Positions 22,451 to 32,485 of a DNA stretch of 55,847 nt are shown piece after piece (the first letter of the stretch is position 1; each line of letters begins with the position of its first letter). Made by a program: the position numbers and the translations under genes. Under the pieces are notes generated by a model. The model did not search any database. It was not told the origin of the DNA and saw only the letters and a list, made by a program, of their open reading frames with translations. Origin of the DNA: Bacilli bacterium (GTDB taxonomy: Bacteria; Bacillota_I; Bacilli_A; ML615J-28; CAG-698); NCBI GenBank assembly GCA_028702495.1, contig JAQVOS010000003.1, forward strand, positions 1 through 55,847. Reading direction: 5' to 3'.

Positions 22451-22703
22451 GTTTTTAAAAGTTTCAAGACTCATAAAACGTCGTAGCGTTGCGAAAGAAG
22501 CCGCTGATCATGCAAAAATCACCGTTAATAATCGTTCTGCAAAACCATCAACCGATATCAAAGAAAACGACATCGTTAGCATTCACTATTATGAACGTGA
22601 TGTGATTATTCGTGTGAAACACTTGCTTCTCTCTCCTCGTAAAGAGGATGCAGAATCAATGTATGAGGTTATTCAGATACAAGAAAAGAAGGCAGTTGAG
22701 TAA
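22437..22703 (+). CDS. S4-domain RNA-binding protein (YabO/Hsp15-like)
   Basis: [21 protein letters not shown]. Confidence 0.9.
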   Translation: MRLDKFLKVSRLIKRRSVAKEAADHAKITVNNRSAKPSTDIKENDIVSIHYYERDVIIRVKHLLLSPRKEDAESMYEVIQIQEKKAVE

Positions 22704-22749
22704 TTTCAACTGCCTTATCCAAATTGGATATTATATGAGGAGAAGATTC

Positions 22750-24039
22750 ATGAAAAAAGGATTAAAAATCACGATTATTGGTGCAGGTAGTACGTATACT
22801 CCTGAACTAATTGAAGGTTTTATTCAAAAGCGAGATGTCCTTCCAGTGGAAGAATTGGTGCTGATGGATATTGAAGATCGAAAACTAAACATTGTAGGTG
22901 GATTATGTCAACGCATGGTTGCCTTTGAAAAACTCGCAACAAAAGTGATTCTTACCAAAGATTTAGATATCGCTTTAAAAGATGCTGATTTTGTATTAGC
23001 ACAAATTCGGGTTGGAAAATTACCTGCCCGCATTTTAGATGAAAAGATTCCCCTAAAGTATGATTTAATTGGTCAAGAAACCAATGGGATTGGTGGTTTT
23101 TTCAAGGGAATGAGAACCATTCCTGCAATGATGAATATCGTTCATAAGATGGAAGAATTGTGTCCTAATGCTTGGCTCATTAATTTCTCTAATCCTTCAG
23201 GAATGATTGCAGAAGCTGTACTGAATCATACTTCCATTAAAGCACTGGGACTTTGTAATGTTCCCATCAATATGATTGATAGTCTTAAAAAACGTTTAGG
23301 CCTTCCTGAAGCCAACGTAGAGTATGTTGGACTCAATCATCTAAGCTGGATTACGAAGATTGAGTATCAAGGAAAAGATTATCTTAAAACTGCCATTGAT
23401 GAAGGGATTAATTCTGAAGCCATGAAGAACATTCCGTCTTCAGGTTTTAGTGCTGAACTGATTAAAACTGTGGGAGCCATTCCTTCAAGTTACCTTGAAT
23501 ATTATTATTACAAAGATAAAAAATTAGAACTAGCAAAAGCTGCCGAAAAATCTCGTGGTGAAGTATGTTTGGAAATTGAAGAACAATTACTATCGATTTA
23601 TTCTGAAAGTGCCCAACATACAAAACCAGAATTACTCAGTAAACGTGGTGGAAGCCGTTATTCAGAAGTCGCCATTAATCTTGTGAACTCCATCTATAAC
23701 AACATTGGAGACATTCAAGTTGTCAATACCAAAAATAATGGTGCCATTCCGTTTATGGATGATCATGATGTTGTTGAAGTGGCAGCGATTATTGATCGTG
23801 AGGGGGCTCATCCTCTTCCAACCACTTTCCAAAATGATCACATCAAAGCCTATATGCTCATGATGAAAGCTTATGAAAAACACTCTGTGAAAGCAGCTTT
23901 AGAGGGATCAATCGATGAAGCGATGCGAGCTTTACTCATTAATCCTCTTGTTTTTGATTATAAAAAAGCCTATCCTTGCTTCCAAGAACTCCTTGCTGTT
24001 CATTCTCAATATCTTCCTCAATTCACGAAAGGACAGTAA
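22750..24039 (+). CDS. GH4 6-phospho-beta-glucosidase
   Basis: IIGAGSTYTPEL, GQETNGIGG, NFSNP, GLCNVP, GLNHLSW. Confidence 0.9.
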   Translation: MKKGLKITIIGAGSTYTPELIEGFIQKRDVLPVEELVLMDIEDRKLNIVGGLCQRMVAFEKLATKVILTKDLDIALKDADFVLAQIRVGKLPARILDEKIPLKYDLIGQETNGIGGFFKGMRTIPAMMNIVHKMEELCPNAWLINFSNPSGMIAEAVLNHTSIKALGLCNVPINMIDSLKKRLGLPEANVEYVGLNHLSWITKIEYQGKDYLKTAIDEGINSEAMKNIPSSGFSAELIKTVGAIPSSYLEYYYYKDKKLELAKAAEKSRGEVCLEIEEQLLSIYSESAQHTKPELLSKRGGSRYSEVAINLVNSIYNNIGDIQVVNTKNNGAIPFMDDHDVVEVAAIIDREGAHPLPTTFQNDHIKAYMLMMKAYEKHSVKAALEGSIDEAMRALLINPLVFDYKKAYPCFQELLAVHSQYLPQFTKGQ

Positions 24040-24041
24040 TC

Positions 24042-25052
24042 ATGGATTATATCTTAGGCGTGGATGGTGGAAACACCAAAACGGACTATTTTCTTTTCAA
24101 TACAAATGGTGAATTCATTGATTTCTATCGTGGAGGAACGTGTAGTCACGAAGGACTTCCTGATCATTTCGAAGGCAGTTACCGGGTGATGAAATCGATT
24201 CTTCATCCTTTTCTAGAAAAACACAATCTCACTCCTCAAGATATCAAAGCAAGTGTCTTTGGACTTGCTGGAGTCGATACTCCTAGTCAAAAAGCACGTC
24301 TTGAAGAAGTGATGTCGCGATTGGGATTTACAAACTTTCGCGTTGTGAATGACTCTTTCTTAGGCATCAAAGCCGGTGCTCCCAATGGGATTGGAGTATG
24401 TTCCATCAATGGAACAGGAACTTCTAGTAGTGGGATTGATGATGAGGGTCATACACTTCAAGTGGGTGGAATTGGTGCCATTGTTGGTGATGAAGCGGGT
24501 GGTCATTATATTGCTCGTCAAGTCATTCGGGCTGTCTTTGATGAAGCCTATCGTTTTGGAGTAAAAACTTCATTAACTCCCATTGTATTTAATTACTTAG
24601 GTGTTGATGATAAGTGCTATCTCATGGAAAAAATCAGCGAGGTCCTTACCACTCGACGCTTAGATTTGACCAAACTTACCATTGCTTGTTTTGAAGAAGC
24701 TTCAAAAAACGATGAAGGAGCACTTCAAATTCTCAAAAAAATGGCTGATAATCTTGCTCGCAGTGCGGGGGGTGTTGTTGCCAATATGAAATTTTCGAAT
24801 CCTGTGAATATTATTATGGCTGGAAGTGTTTGGGTAAAAGGCAGTTGTCCTGTTATGAGAGAAGAGTTTCAAAGACTCATGGAATTCTATACACAGAAGA
24901 AATGCCATTTTATTGTCTTAAATACACCTCCTGCTACAGGAGCCATTATTTGGGCATTAGAACTCGTCATGGGAAAGCTCCCACCACAGCATCTACGTGA
25001 CCAAATAACAAGTGCTGTGTTAAGAGAACAAGATTGCATTCAAGCTTCGTAA
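24042..25052 (+). CDS. BadF/BadG/BcrA/BcrD-family sugar kinase (GlcNAc/MurNAc kinase-like)
   Basis: LGVDGGNTKT, GLAGVD, VNDS, NGTG, GDEAGG. Confidence 0.8.
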   Translation: MDYILGVDGGNTKTDYFLFNTNGEFIDFYRGGTCSHEGLPDHFEGSYRVMKSILHPFLEKHNLTPQDIKASVFGLAGVDTPSQKARLEEVMSRLGFTNFRVVNDSFLGIKAGAPNGIGVCSINGTGTSSSGIDDEGHTLQVGGIGAIVGDEAGGHYIARQVIRAVFDEAYRFGVKTSLTPIVFNYLGVDDKCYLMEKISEVLTTRRLDLTKLTIACFEEASKNDEGALQILKKMADNLARSAGGVVANMKFSNPVNIIMAGSVWVKGSCPVMREEFQRLMEFYTQKKCHFIVLNTPPATGAIIWALELVMGKLPPQHLRDQITSAVLREQDCIQAS

Positions 25053-25059
25053 ATAATAC

Positions 25060-25087
25060 TTGAATAAGTAAAATAAATGGGTATAAT
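25060..25087 (+). promoter_or_regulatory. Promoter directly upstream of the fluoride riboswitch
   Basis: TTGAAT-16 nt-TATAAT; predicted start site coincides with the aptamer 5' end. Confidence 0.55.
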
Positions 25088-25093
25088 ATATGA

Positions 25094-25154
25094 ATGGAAA
25101 TGATGTTCTTCCATAAGATTTCTTAGAACCGCACTTAAAGCTAATGACATCTAC
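25094..25154 (+). ncRNA. Fluoride (crcB) riboswitch aptamer
   Basis: ATGGAA-ATGATGTTC-TTCCAT P1; AACCGC...GCTAATGAC; pseudoknot GATGT/ACATC ending in CTAC. Confidence 0.85.
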
Positions 25155-25201
25155 AATCACTGGACATTTTTAACCAGCATTTGTAGTTGCATTGGCTTTT
25201 T
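25140..25201 (+). terminator. Riboswitch expression-platform terminator overlapping the aptamer 3' end
   Basis: gctaatg..ctacaa pairs with ttgtag..cattggc, followed by TTTTT. Confidence 0.7.
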
Positions 25202-25216
25202 ATATAAGGAGAGAGT

Positions 25217-26437
25217 ATGTTATTTAGCTTAGCACTGATTTTCATTTTAGGATTAGGACTTGGAGGGTTATTTAAAAGAATACACTTACCCTCATTACTG
25301 GCATTTTTGCTGATTGGCATTGGGTTAGGTCCTTATGGGTTCAATTTGATTGATGAAAGAATATTGGGTATCTCCAGTGAACTTCGTCAAATTGCCCTCA
25401 TTATCATATTAACTCGTGGAGCCCTTGCTCTCAATTTAAAAGAGCTAAAAGCGATTGGAAAATCTGCGATTTTCATGTGTTTTCTTCCTGCTGTTTTTGA
25501 AATCATTGCCGTTACCCTTTTAGGAGTATTACTCTTTAAAATGCCGGTTTTTGAAGCCATCCTCTTAGGAAGCATATTAGGAGCGGTATCACCAGCGGTA
25601 ATTATTCCTAAAATGCTTCATATGATGGAAAATCATCATGGGACTCAAAAATCGATTCCTCAACTCATCATTGCTGGAGCGAGTGCCGATGATATTTTCG
25701 TTGTCCTAATTTTTACGGCTACTTTAGGAATTCTTCAAACAGGAACAGTGGAAATGGCAAGCATTCTTCAAGTACCCACTGGAATGATTTTAGGAGCGAT
25801 CGTTGGACTCATCCTAGGGTTATCACTCGTTGCTTTCTTTAAAAATGTCCACATGCGGGATAGTGTTAAAATAATACTGTTATTAGCTCTTTCGTTCTTA
25901 CTAGTAGCAGTGGAAGAAGGATTAAAAGGAACCTTTGGTTTTTCAGGACTCATTGGTCTTATTACTATGAATTTAACCATTGGTCAACAATATGCGATAT
26001 TATCAACACGTCTATCACAAAAGTATACCAAGCTATGGATTGTTGCTGAAATGTTTCTCTTTGTTTTAGTAGGAGCAATTGTCAATTTTAAATTATTTAT
26101 TCCCCACTTATTGAAAGGATTCCTCCTCATCATGGGTGCCTTAGTCGTTCGTTTCTTGGGGGTCATGTTCTCAATTCAATCTATGAAATTAAATTGGAAG
26201 GAACGCTTTTTTTGTGGGATTAGTTATTTACCGAAAGCAACTGTTCAAGCAGCCATCGGCGCCATTCCTCTTACCCTTGGACTTCCGAATGGTGAACTCA
26301 TTTTAGCCATTGCGGTAGTAAGTATTTTACTAACCGCCCCCATTGGCGCTATTCTAATGGACATCACCGCTAAAACTTTAGTTCCTTTTGATGCCATTAC
26401 AAAAAAGAAACATGCTCCCGATTTAGCGAAAAATTAG
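25217..26437 (+). CDS. Cation:proton antiporter (CPA/Na+/H+ exchanger family)
   Basis: About 12 TM segments; LGAVSPAVIIP, GASADDIF, YLPKATVQAAIG. Confidence 0.85.
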   Translation: MLFSLALIFILGLGLGGLFKRIHLPSLLAFLLIGIGLGPYGFNLIDERILGISSELRQIALIIILTRGALALNLKELKAIGKSAIFMCFLPAVFEIIAVTLLGVLLFKMPVFEAILLGSILGAVSPAVIIPKMLHMMENHHGTQKSIPQLIIAGASADDIFVVLIFTATLGILQTGTVEMASILQVPTGMILGAIVGLILGLSLVAFFKNVHMRDSVKIILLLALSFLLVAVEEGLKGTFGFSGLIGLITMNLTIGQQYAILSTRLSQKYTKLWIVAEMFLFVLVGAIVNFKLFIPHLLKGFLLIMGALVVRFLGVMFSIQSMKLNWKERFFCGISYLPKATVQAAIGAIPLTLGLPNGELILAIAVVSILLTAPIGAILMDITAKTLVPFDAITKKKHAPDLAKN

Positions 26438-26510
26438 GAATAAAAGTGGTAAACGATTGTAATTTTATAACTTTATGATATAATAAACATAAATGATTAA
26501 GGAGGATATT

Positions 26511-27080
26511 ATGAAGATTATTCTTGGTTCAAGGTCACCTCGTCGACGTGAATTACTCTCACAATTAGGATATGATTTTAAAGTTATTGTCAGTAATGTT
26601 CCCGAAATCGATATCGAAACTTCGCCTGAAGAAACAGTTACAAGAAATGCTTTAAGAAAAGCTGAACAAATCGCTGAGAACAATCCCGACTATTTGGTTA
26701 TTTGTGCCGATACGATTGTAGTGGCAAATGAGATTATATTAGGAAAGCCTCAGAATATTGAACATGCGAAAGCGATGATTCAAATGTTGCAAAACAATGT
26801 CCATCGTGTTTTAACAAGTGTTGCTTGCGTTTATAAAGATATCAAAAAAACGCTTGTTGAAGAGACAAAGGTATTTGTTATTCCGATGACCAATGCAGAA
26901 ATTGATGAATACATAAATACCAATGAACCCTATGATAAAGCGGGGGCTTATGCAATTCAAGGAATATTTGCTAAATATGTGAGTCGCATTGAGGGTGATT
27001 ATTACAATGTGATGGGTCTTCCAATTTGTCGTTTGCATCAGTTAATTGAAGAAATTAAGAAAACCTCACTAGTGGAGTAA
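26511..27080 (+). CDS. maf: Maf-family nucleotide pyrophosphatase
   Basis: ILGSRSPRRRELL, ICADTIV, LGKP, DKAGAYAIQG, YNVMGLP. Confidence 0.93.
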   Translation: MKIILGSRSPRRRELLSQLGYDFKVIVSNVPEIDIETSPEETVTRNALRKAEQIAENNPDYLVICADTIVVANEIILGKPQNIEHAKAMIQMLQNNVHRVLTSVACVYKDIKKTLVEETKVFVIPMTNAEIDEYINTNEPYDKAGAYAIQGIFAKYVSRIEGDYYNVMGLPICRLHQLIEEIKKTSLVE

Positions 27081-27111
27081 TGGATCATTTTACAAATAAA
27101 ATAACGAATTA

Positions 27112-27183
27112 AAAAAGTTTTATGAATTGAACTGGTATCTATCTACTTGACAGATACCAGTTCAATTATTCATAAAACTTTTT
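27112..27183. repeat. Long inverted repeat between convergent genes (bidirectional terminator-like)
   Basis: 29-nt left arm aaaaagttttatgaattgaactggtatct, 11-nt loop, right arm complementary apart from a 3-nt bulge. Confidence 0.75.
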
Positions 27184-27213
27184 ACTTTCAACGTATGTGA
27201 TGAAGGATTTTGT

Positions 27214-28236
27214 TTATTCTGTTAAATAAGCAATAAGTAATTCAAGTGTATTGTGAACAGCTTGATAATGAGTTCGCTCCATTCCATGAGAAGCCCCAAC
27301 ACCAGGACCAATCAGTCCCCCACGAATGTTGTTTCCACCATGAAGTGCTGCTGAAACATCGGATGAATAGAATGGATAAATATCAACTGCATAGTTTAAC
27401 TTCTTGTTTTTTGCAAGTTCAATTAAACGAGAAGTGATGTCATAATCATAAGGACCTGATCCATCTTTTGCGCAAATCGAAACATCATATTCAGTGCAAT
27501 TTAAATCTAGTCCAATACACCCCATGTCAACAGAGATCATTTCATCAAGATCAGGAACATGAGAAGCTCCGTGACCCACTTCTTCATAAGTAGAAATGAT
27601 GAGAACAAGTTCATATTTGGAGGTCATTTTATTGGCTTGTAAATAATCGATGAGACCAAATAAAATCGCAACACTAATTTTATCATCGAGAAAACGGGAT
27701 TTGATAAAACCATTTTCGGTGATGGTGGTTTTCGGATCCAAAGCAATGAAATCTCCACTTGTAATTCCTATTTTTTTAACATCCTCTTTTGATTTCACAA
27801 TCTCATCTAGACGTATATGCATGTTAGAGGCATCTCGGGGAAGAGTTCTCGCATTTTCAAAGACATGAACAGCAGGGGCATTGGATAAAAATGTTCCTTT
27901 ATAAGTTTTATTGTCTCTCGTATAAATAGTACAATATTCTCCATCATAAGTGGGTAGAATGGGTCCCCCAATGGGCGTAAAGGTCAGCGTTCCATCACTA
28001 TTAACACTCCGTACCATGGCTCCAAGAGTATCAACATGGGCAGATAGACCAACGCGATAAGCGCTTGCTCCTGGGATCGTAATGATTAAGTTTCCTTTGT
28101 TGTTTTTGGTGTAAGCCAGATGACGCGCATCACATTCTTCCTCGAGCATGTGAATGATGTTGTGAGTAAAGCCACTAGGGCTATCAATTGATAAAATCTT
28201 TTTCGCAAATTCTAAAATGTTATTTTGCTTTTCCAT
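27214..28236 (-). CDS. M42 family metallopeptidase
   Basis: DSPSG, SAHVDTLG, SRFLDDK, YEEVGHG, VDMG, SHGMERTH. Confidence 0.9.
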   Translation of the reverse strand: MEKQNNILEFAKKILSIDSPSGFTHNIIHMLEEECDARHLAYTKNNKGNLIITIPGASAYRVGLSAHVDTLGAMVRSVNSDGTLTFTPIGGPILPTYDGEYCTIYTRDNKTYKGTFLSNAPAVHVFENARTLPRDASNMHIRLDEIVKSKEDVKKIGITSGDFIALDPKTTITENGFIKSRFLDDKISVAILFGLIDYLQANKMTSKYELVLIISTYEEVGHGASHVPDLDEMISVDMGCIGLDLNCTEYDVSICAKDGSGPYDYDITSRLIELAKNKKLNYAVDIYPFYSSDVSAALHGGNNIRGGLIGPGVGASHGMERTHYQAVHNTLELLIAYLTE

Positions 28237-29098
28237 CGTTTATCTCCTTTATTAATGTATCGATATCGTCTTCAGTAAAATGATAATGTTCGTTGCAATA
28301 ATGACAAGTTATGTCAATTTTATGATCTTCTTGTTTCATGGCTAATAATTCATCTACACCTAGTGTGATAAGGCTTCGCGCAAACTGGTCTTTAGAACAG
28401 TGACATGCAAATTGAATCGGTTGTGTTTCAATTATCTCATAAGAAGAAGCAAAGAGGGTTTGCAAAACCTCTTCATTGGTTTTCATAAATAAAGTGGAGG
28501 GATTGGGTAAGTTTGTGAGGGCTTTTTCAAGAAATCGAATCGTGTCTTCTGTTGCATTGGGTAGGAGCTGGATGAGAAGACCTCCACTTACAAGACAAGT
28601 ATTATCAACATCCACTTGAATGGCTAGGATGATTGCAGTGTGAGTTTGTTCACTTTCCATAAAATAGTAGGTAAAATCACGAGCAATATCTCCGGTAATC
28701 GCAATCGAGGATGTAAACAAATCTTTCATTTTAAGATCTTTGATGACATCTAAGAAGCCATCCTGACCGATGCCCATGGCATCTAATAGCCCCCCGTTTC
28801 CAACAAAGTTGATATGGGGAAAGTCAACATAACCCCTTGCATCACCACTCGCATTTGCATCAACAATGATATTGCCTAAAGGACCATTCCCATTCAGTTT
28901 CAAAGTAAGAGCCTGATTGTTTTTTAACATCGCTCCCATGATTTGTCCCATTGTGAGGACTTTTCCTAAAACGGAGGTGGCAGTTGGCCATGTGTCATGG
29001 CGACGAATTGCTTCATTCACCGACTCTGTATTATGACAAACAATGACTCGCACTTCACTATTATAAGCGAGAGCTTTCACTAAAGTATCTTTTTCCAT
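28220..29098 (-). CDS. hslO: Hsp33 redox-regulated chaperone
   Basis: GNGPLG.IIVDA, SGGLLIQLLP, C-terminal CHC...CHYC zinc motif. Confidence 0.92.
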   Translation of the reverse strand: MEKDTLVKALAYNSEVRVIVCHNTESVNEAIRRHDTWPTATSVLGKVLTMGQIMGAMLKNNQALTLKLNGNGPLGNIIVDANASGDARGYVDFPHINFVGNGGLLDAMGIGQDGFLDVIKDLKMKDLFTSSIAITGDIARDFTYYFMESEQTHTAIILAIQVDVDNTCLVSGGLLIQLLPNATEDTIRFLEKALTNLPNPSTLFMKTNEEVLQTLFASSYEIIETQPIQFACHCSKDQFARSLITLGVDELLAMKQEDHKIDITCHYCNEHYHFTEDDIDTLIKEINDGKAK

Positions 29099-29246
29099 TT
29101 ATTTCAATCTTCCTTTTAAAAAACTACGCTTCATTATAGCACAAAAAACTAGTAATTGGAAATGAAAAGTAGGAAGAAAGTGCTCAATATTTCCTTTTCA
29201 AAAGTTTCGTCTTGTGGTATAATACAAAAGATGGAGGGTACCCCCT

Positions 29247-29801
29247 ATGGATAAAATTGTTTCTCGCACTAAATATGATCGTCGTCAACACAAAGCTTTT
29301 TACCTGTTTCATATGTTTCATCGCAACTATTCTACTTATTTTGTCATTGCTTTAGCCATATTCGTTTTGGTATGGGCTATTATTAATGCATCTCAACTCA
29401 CTGATCCCAATCAAATTATGATTTCATGGACCATGGCCGCATTCACCATTATGATCGTACCCGTGATGATTCTCACAAAGATCAATGGGGTTGTTAAACA
29501 AGAAACAACGAAACGCAAAGATTCTACCGATACGATTGAAGTCACAAAAGCAAAACTTCAACGAAGCACAGACATTTCCGAAGGAAAGCTTGTTTTTGGA
29601 TGGCATCAAATTGAAGTTATTTGTGAAACGAAAGAATATATCTACATCTACACAGGCCAAAATCAAGGTATTTTTATCGTAAAAAAAGATATCATCGAAG
29701 GTGGTGTAGAACTTTTCCGGAAGTTAGCAAAAAATAATATGAAGCCCAATCGTAAAGGAAAAGTCAAATACAAAACCTATTTCAAGGAAGCAAAAGTATG
29801 A
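29247..29801 (+). CDS. YcxB-like membrane protein
   Basis: Two TM helices and a C-terminal W..I..I.ETKEYIYIY segment. Confidence 0.6.
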   Translation: MDKIVSRTKYDRRQHKAFYLFHMFHRNYSTYFVIALAIFVLVWAIINASQLTDPNQIMISWTMAAFTIMIVPVMILTKINGVVKQETTKRKDSTDTIEVTKAKLQRSTDISEGKLVFGWHQIEVICETKEYIYIYTGQNQGIFIVKKDIIEGGVELFRKLAKNNMKPNRKGKVKYKTYFKEAKV

Positions 29802-30343
29802 CCAATGACTATCAATCCTGGCTTATTCAAAATGAGGATATAATTGAACATCTCCGCCATCACGAAACAATCTTATATGATCGAATCAGTGATGTCTTCC
29901 TAGTCATGCAATATATCATCCAATTACCAAAGGAAGAAGTCAATTCCGACTTAGAAGTGATGTATGATATTGGATTTAGTTATTTGTTTTCTCGGATTGG
30001 GGAAATAAAAATTTACTTAGACATGTATTTTAATGGGGATTTTCATCATATGTTACACTTTGATGAACTGATTAATTATCAATTATATTTAGATGATTTA
30101 AAAGAAGTCCTTGTGGATCAAGAAACGTGGAATGATGATATCAAACACGGATTTGATCAAATAGGAAATCAAATTGAAGCCATTCTTCGTGAAGAAACCA
30201 AACCAACAGAGGACGGCATTGATGACTTCAATATTATTCTTTTAAGTATTATCCCTGCACATCACGAATATCTGACTGTTCCCGAAATCTTTGCGCGGGT
30301 ATCAGAAGTTTTAAACGTTGAAGAAAAATTGGCAGAAGAATAA
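29798..30343 (+). CDS. Hypothetical acidic protein
   Basis: 181-aa ORF, ATGA-coupled to the upstream gene, followed by a terminator. Confidence 0.65.
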   Translation: MTNDYQSWLIQNEDIIEHLRHHETILYDRISDVFLVMQYIIQLPKEEVNSDLEVMYDIGFSYLFSRIGEIKIYLDMYFNGDFHHMLHFDELINYQLYLDDLKEVLVDQETWNDDIKHGFDQIGNQIEAILREETKPTEDGIDDFNIILLSIIPAHHEYLTVPEIFARVSEVLNVEEKLAEE

Positions 30344-30356
30344 CATACATTTTATT

Positions 30357-30390
30357 AAAAAACACTAGGATTTTTCCTAGTGTTTTTTTT
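30357..30390. terminator. Bidirectional terminator
   Basis: aaaaaacactagga-tttt-tcctagtgtttttt between convergent genes. Confidence 0.8.
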
Positions 30391-30934
30391 AGATGACACC
30401 AACAAAGGTAAGAAAAGATAATAGAGTAAAGACAATTCCTGCAATAAAATTGAGTTCAATTGATATTTTTTGGGTGAGGGTTCGTCCTAAACGAATGGAT
30501 AAAGCCGTGAGAGATCCACTCACAACACCAAAAACGAAAGCAGGAATAATGATATTATCTAGCGAAAAGGATAAAGAGATTCCCACTAAGAAACTATCAA
30601 TACTGACACCAATGGCTAAGAGAAGGACACTAAGAAGCGTTAAAAGTGGACTACATTTTTCATCTTTCTTTTTTGTGAAAGCAAGAATGGCAAGAACAAG
30701 GAAGATGACTCCACCAATGATATGACCCCATGATTCAAATGATTTTGATATCAAATTAAACAAATAAAATGAAATAATCGGAAAGACAATATGAAACACT
30801 CCTATCGTGATAGGAGTGTAGAATAGCATTCTCTTCGATTTCCCAGAATCCGTTCCAAAGGCAAAGCATGCAACAAAGGTATCCACACTGAGTGCAATAG
30901 CAATGGAAAAAGAAAGGGCTAAGAGTTCAAACAT
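30389..30934 (-). CDS. MntP/YtaF-family membrane protein (Mn efflux-like)
   Basis: ALSVDTFVA and GVSIDSFLVG duplicated motifs; six TM segments. Confidence 0.75.
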   Translation of the reverse strand: MFELLALSFSIAIALSVDTFVACFAFGTDSGKSKRMLFYTPITIGVFHIVFPIISFYLFNLISKSFESWGHIIGGVIFLVLAILAFTKKKDEKCSPLLTLLSVLLLAIGVSIDSFLVGISLSFSLDNIIIPAFVFGVVSGSLTALSIRLGRTLTQKISIELNFIAGIVFTLLSFLTFVGVI

Positions 30935-32427
30935 TATTTACTCCGCATATGAGGAAACAGAAGAATATCCCGGATAGAATCTGTTCCTGTTAATAACATC
31001 ACTGTTCGATCAATCCCGATTCCGAGACCTCCTGTGGGTGGCATTCCATATTCGAGAGCTTCCACAAAGTCAACATCCATTTCGGTTGCTTCGTCGTTTC
31101 CTAAGTCTTTTTCTTTGAGTTGGTTCACGAAACGTTCTCTTTGATCAATGGGGTCATTCAGTTCACTGAATGCATTCGCAAATTCCTTGCGATTGATGAA
31201 GAGTTCAAAGCGATCAGTGAAACGAGGATCTTCGGTATTCTTTTTGGCAAGGGGACTGATTTCTAGAGGATGTCCATAGACAAAAGTTGGTTGAATCAAG
31301 GTTTCTTCAACATATTTTTCAAAGAATAGATTGATGATATGACCATAGAAAGCTTGATGTTTTTGAATCGGAATATTATGAGCTTTTGCAAGATCAAGAG
31401 CTTCTTCAAGAGTTTCGACTTTGAAGAAATCAACACCAGAAATTTCACGAATTGCATCCACCATATGAACGCGACGGAAAGGTTCCCCTAAATGAATGGT
31501 ATTGCCTTGATATTCGATATCAGTTTTATTTAAAACTTCGATTGCCACACTGCGGAAACAATCCTCAATGAGGTCCATCATGCCTTCCATATCGGAATAA
31601 GCAAGATACGCTTCAATCGTTGTGAATTCAGGATTATGAGTAGCATCCATGCCTTCATTTCGGAAGAGACGTCCAATTTCATAGACGGCTTCCATACCCC
31701 CCACGATGAGACGCTTGAGTGGAAGTTCAGTGGCAATGCGTAAATAGAATTCCATATCGAGGGCATTGTGATGGGTTTTGAAAGGACGAGCATTGGCTCC
31801 TCCTAAAATGGGTTGGAGAATTGGAGTTTCCACTTCAACAAACCCTCTTCCATCAAAGAAATGTTGGAAAGCACGAATAATCTTCGGGCGTTGAAAAGCA
31901 ATGCGTTTTGATTCTTCATTGACAATAAGGTCGACATAACGATGACGTCTTGCCTCTTCCTTGTCTTGAAGTCCATGATATTTTTCAGGAAGGGGACGAA
32001 GTGCTTTCGTTAGGTGGGTATATTGTGTAGCCCTTACAGTGATTTCCCCCGTATTCGTACGAATGACAGATCCCGTGATCCCAACGATATCGCCTAGGTC
32101 TCCTTTCGTAAAGAGTTCAAATTCTTCTTCAGTTAAAGCATCACTTCTAACATAGATTTGTAACAAGCCATATCGGTCTTGAATGTGCATAAAGCCAGCT
32201 TTGCCTTTACTGCGAATCGACATAATTCGTCCAGCAACACTCACTAGGGTATTCATTTCATGGAGTTCTTCTTTAGAATATGCTTCATATTGTTCTTTGA
32301 TTGCTTGTGAATTCGATGTTCTTTCAAACTTTTGCCCAAAAGGATCGATTCCCCTTTCCCGAAGGTCGGTCATCTTTTTCCGACGAACGAGTTCTTGATC
32401 ATTTAATTGTTCAAATTCTTGTGCCAT
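30934..32427 (-). CDS. lysS: Lysine--tRNA ligase
   Basis: [47 protein letters not shown]. Confidence 0.97.
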   Translation of the reverse strand: MAQEFEQLNDQELVRRKKMTDLRERGIDPFGQKFERTSNSQAIKEQYEAYSKEELHEMNTLVSVAGRIMSIRSKGKAGFMHIQDRYGLLQIYVRSDALTEEEFELFTKGDLGDIVGITGSVIRTNTGEITVRATQYTHLTKALRPLPEKYHGLQDKEEARRHRYVDLIVNEESKRIAFQRPKIIRAFQHFFDGRGFVEVETPILQPILGGANARPFKTHHNALDMEFYLRIATELPLKRLIVGGMEAVYEIGRLFRNEGMDATHNPEFTTIEAYLAYSDMEGMMDLIEDCFRSVAIEVLNKTDIEYQGNTIHLGEPFRRVHMVDAIREISGVDFFKVETLEEALDLAKAHNIPIQKHQAFYGHIINLFFEKYVEETLIQPTFVYGHPLEISPLAKKNTEDPRFTDRFELFINRKEFANAFSELNDPIDQRERFVNQLKEKDLGNDEATEMDVDFVEALEYGMPPTGGLGIGIDRTVMLLTGTDSIRDILLFPHMRSK

Positions 32428-32485
32428 AGTATTACCTCATTAATTTTCTAATTATTATACCACAATATTCTATAAAAATAAACTG

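Noticed and set aside
26446-26462. cre-like site upstream of maf (GGTAAACGATTGTA)
   Set aside because: Several mismatches to consensus in an AT-rich region; not distinguishable from chance.
32428-32485. T-box or lysine riboswitch upstream of lysS
   Set aside because: The intergenic region is only about 58 nt and holds just a promoter-like TGGTATAAT and an RBS.
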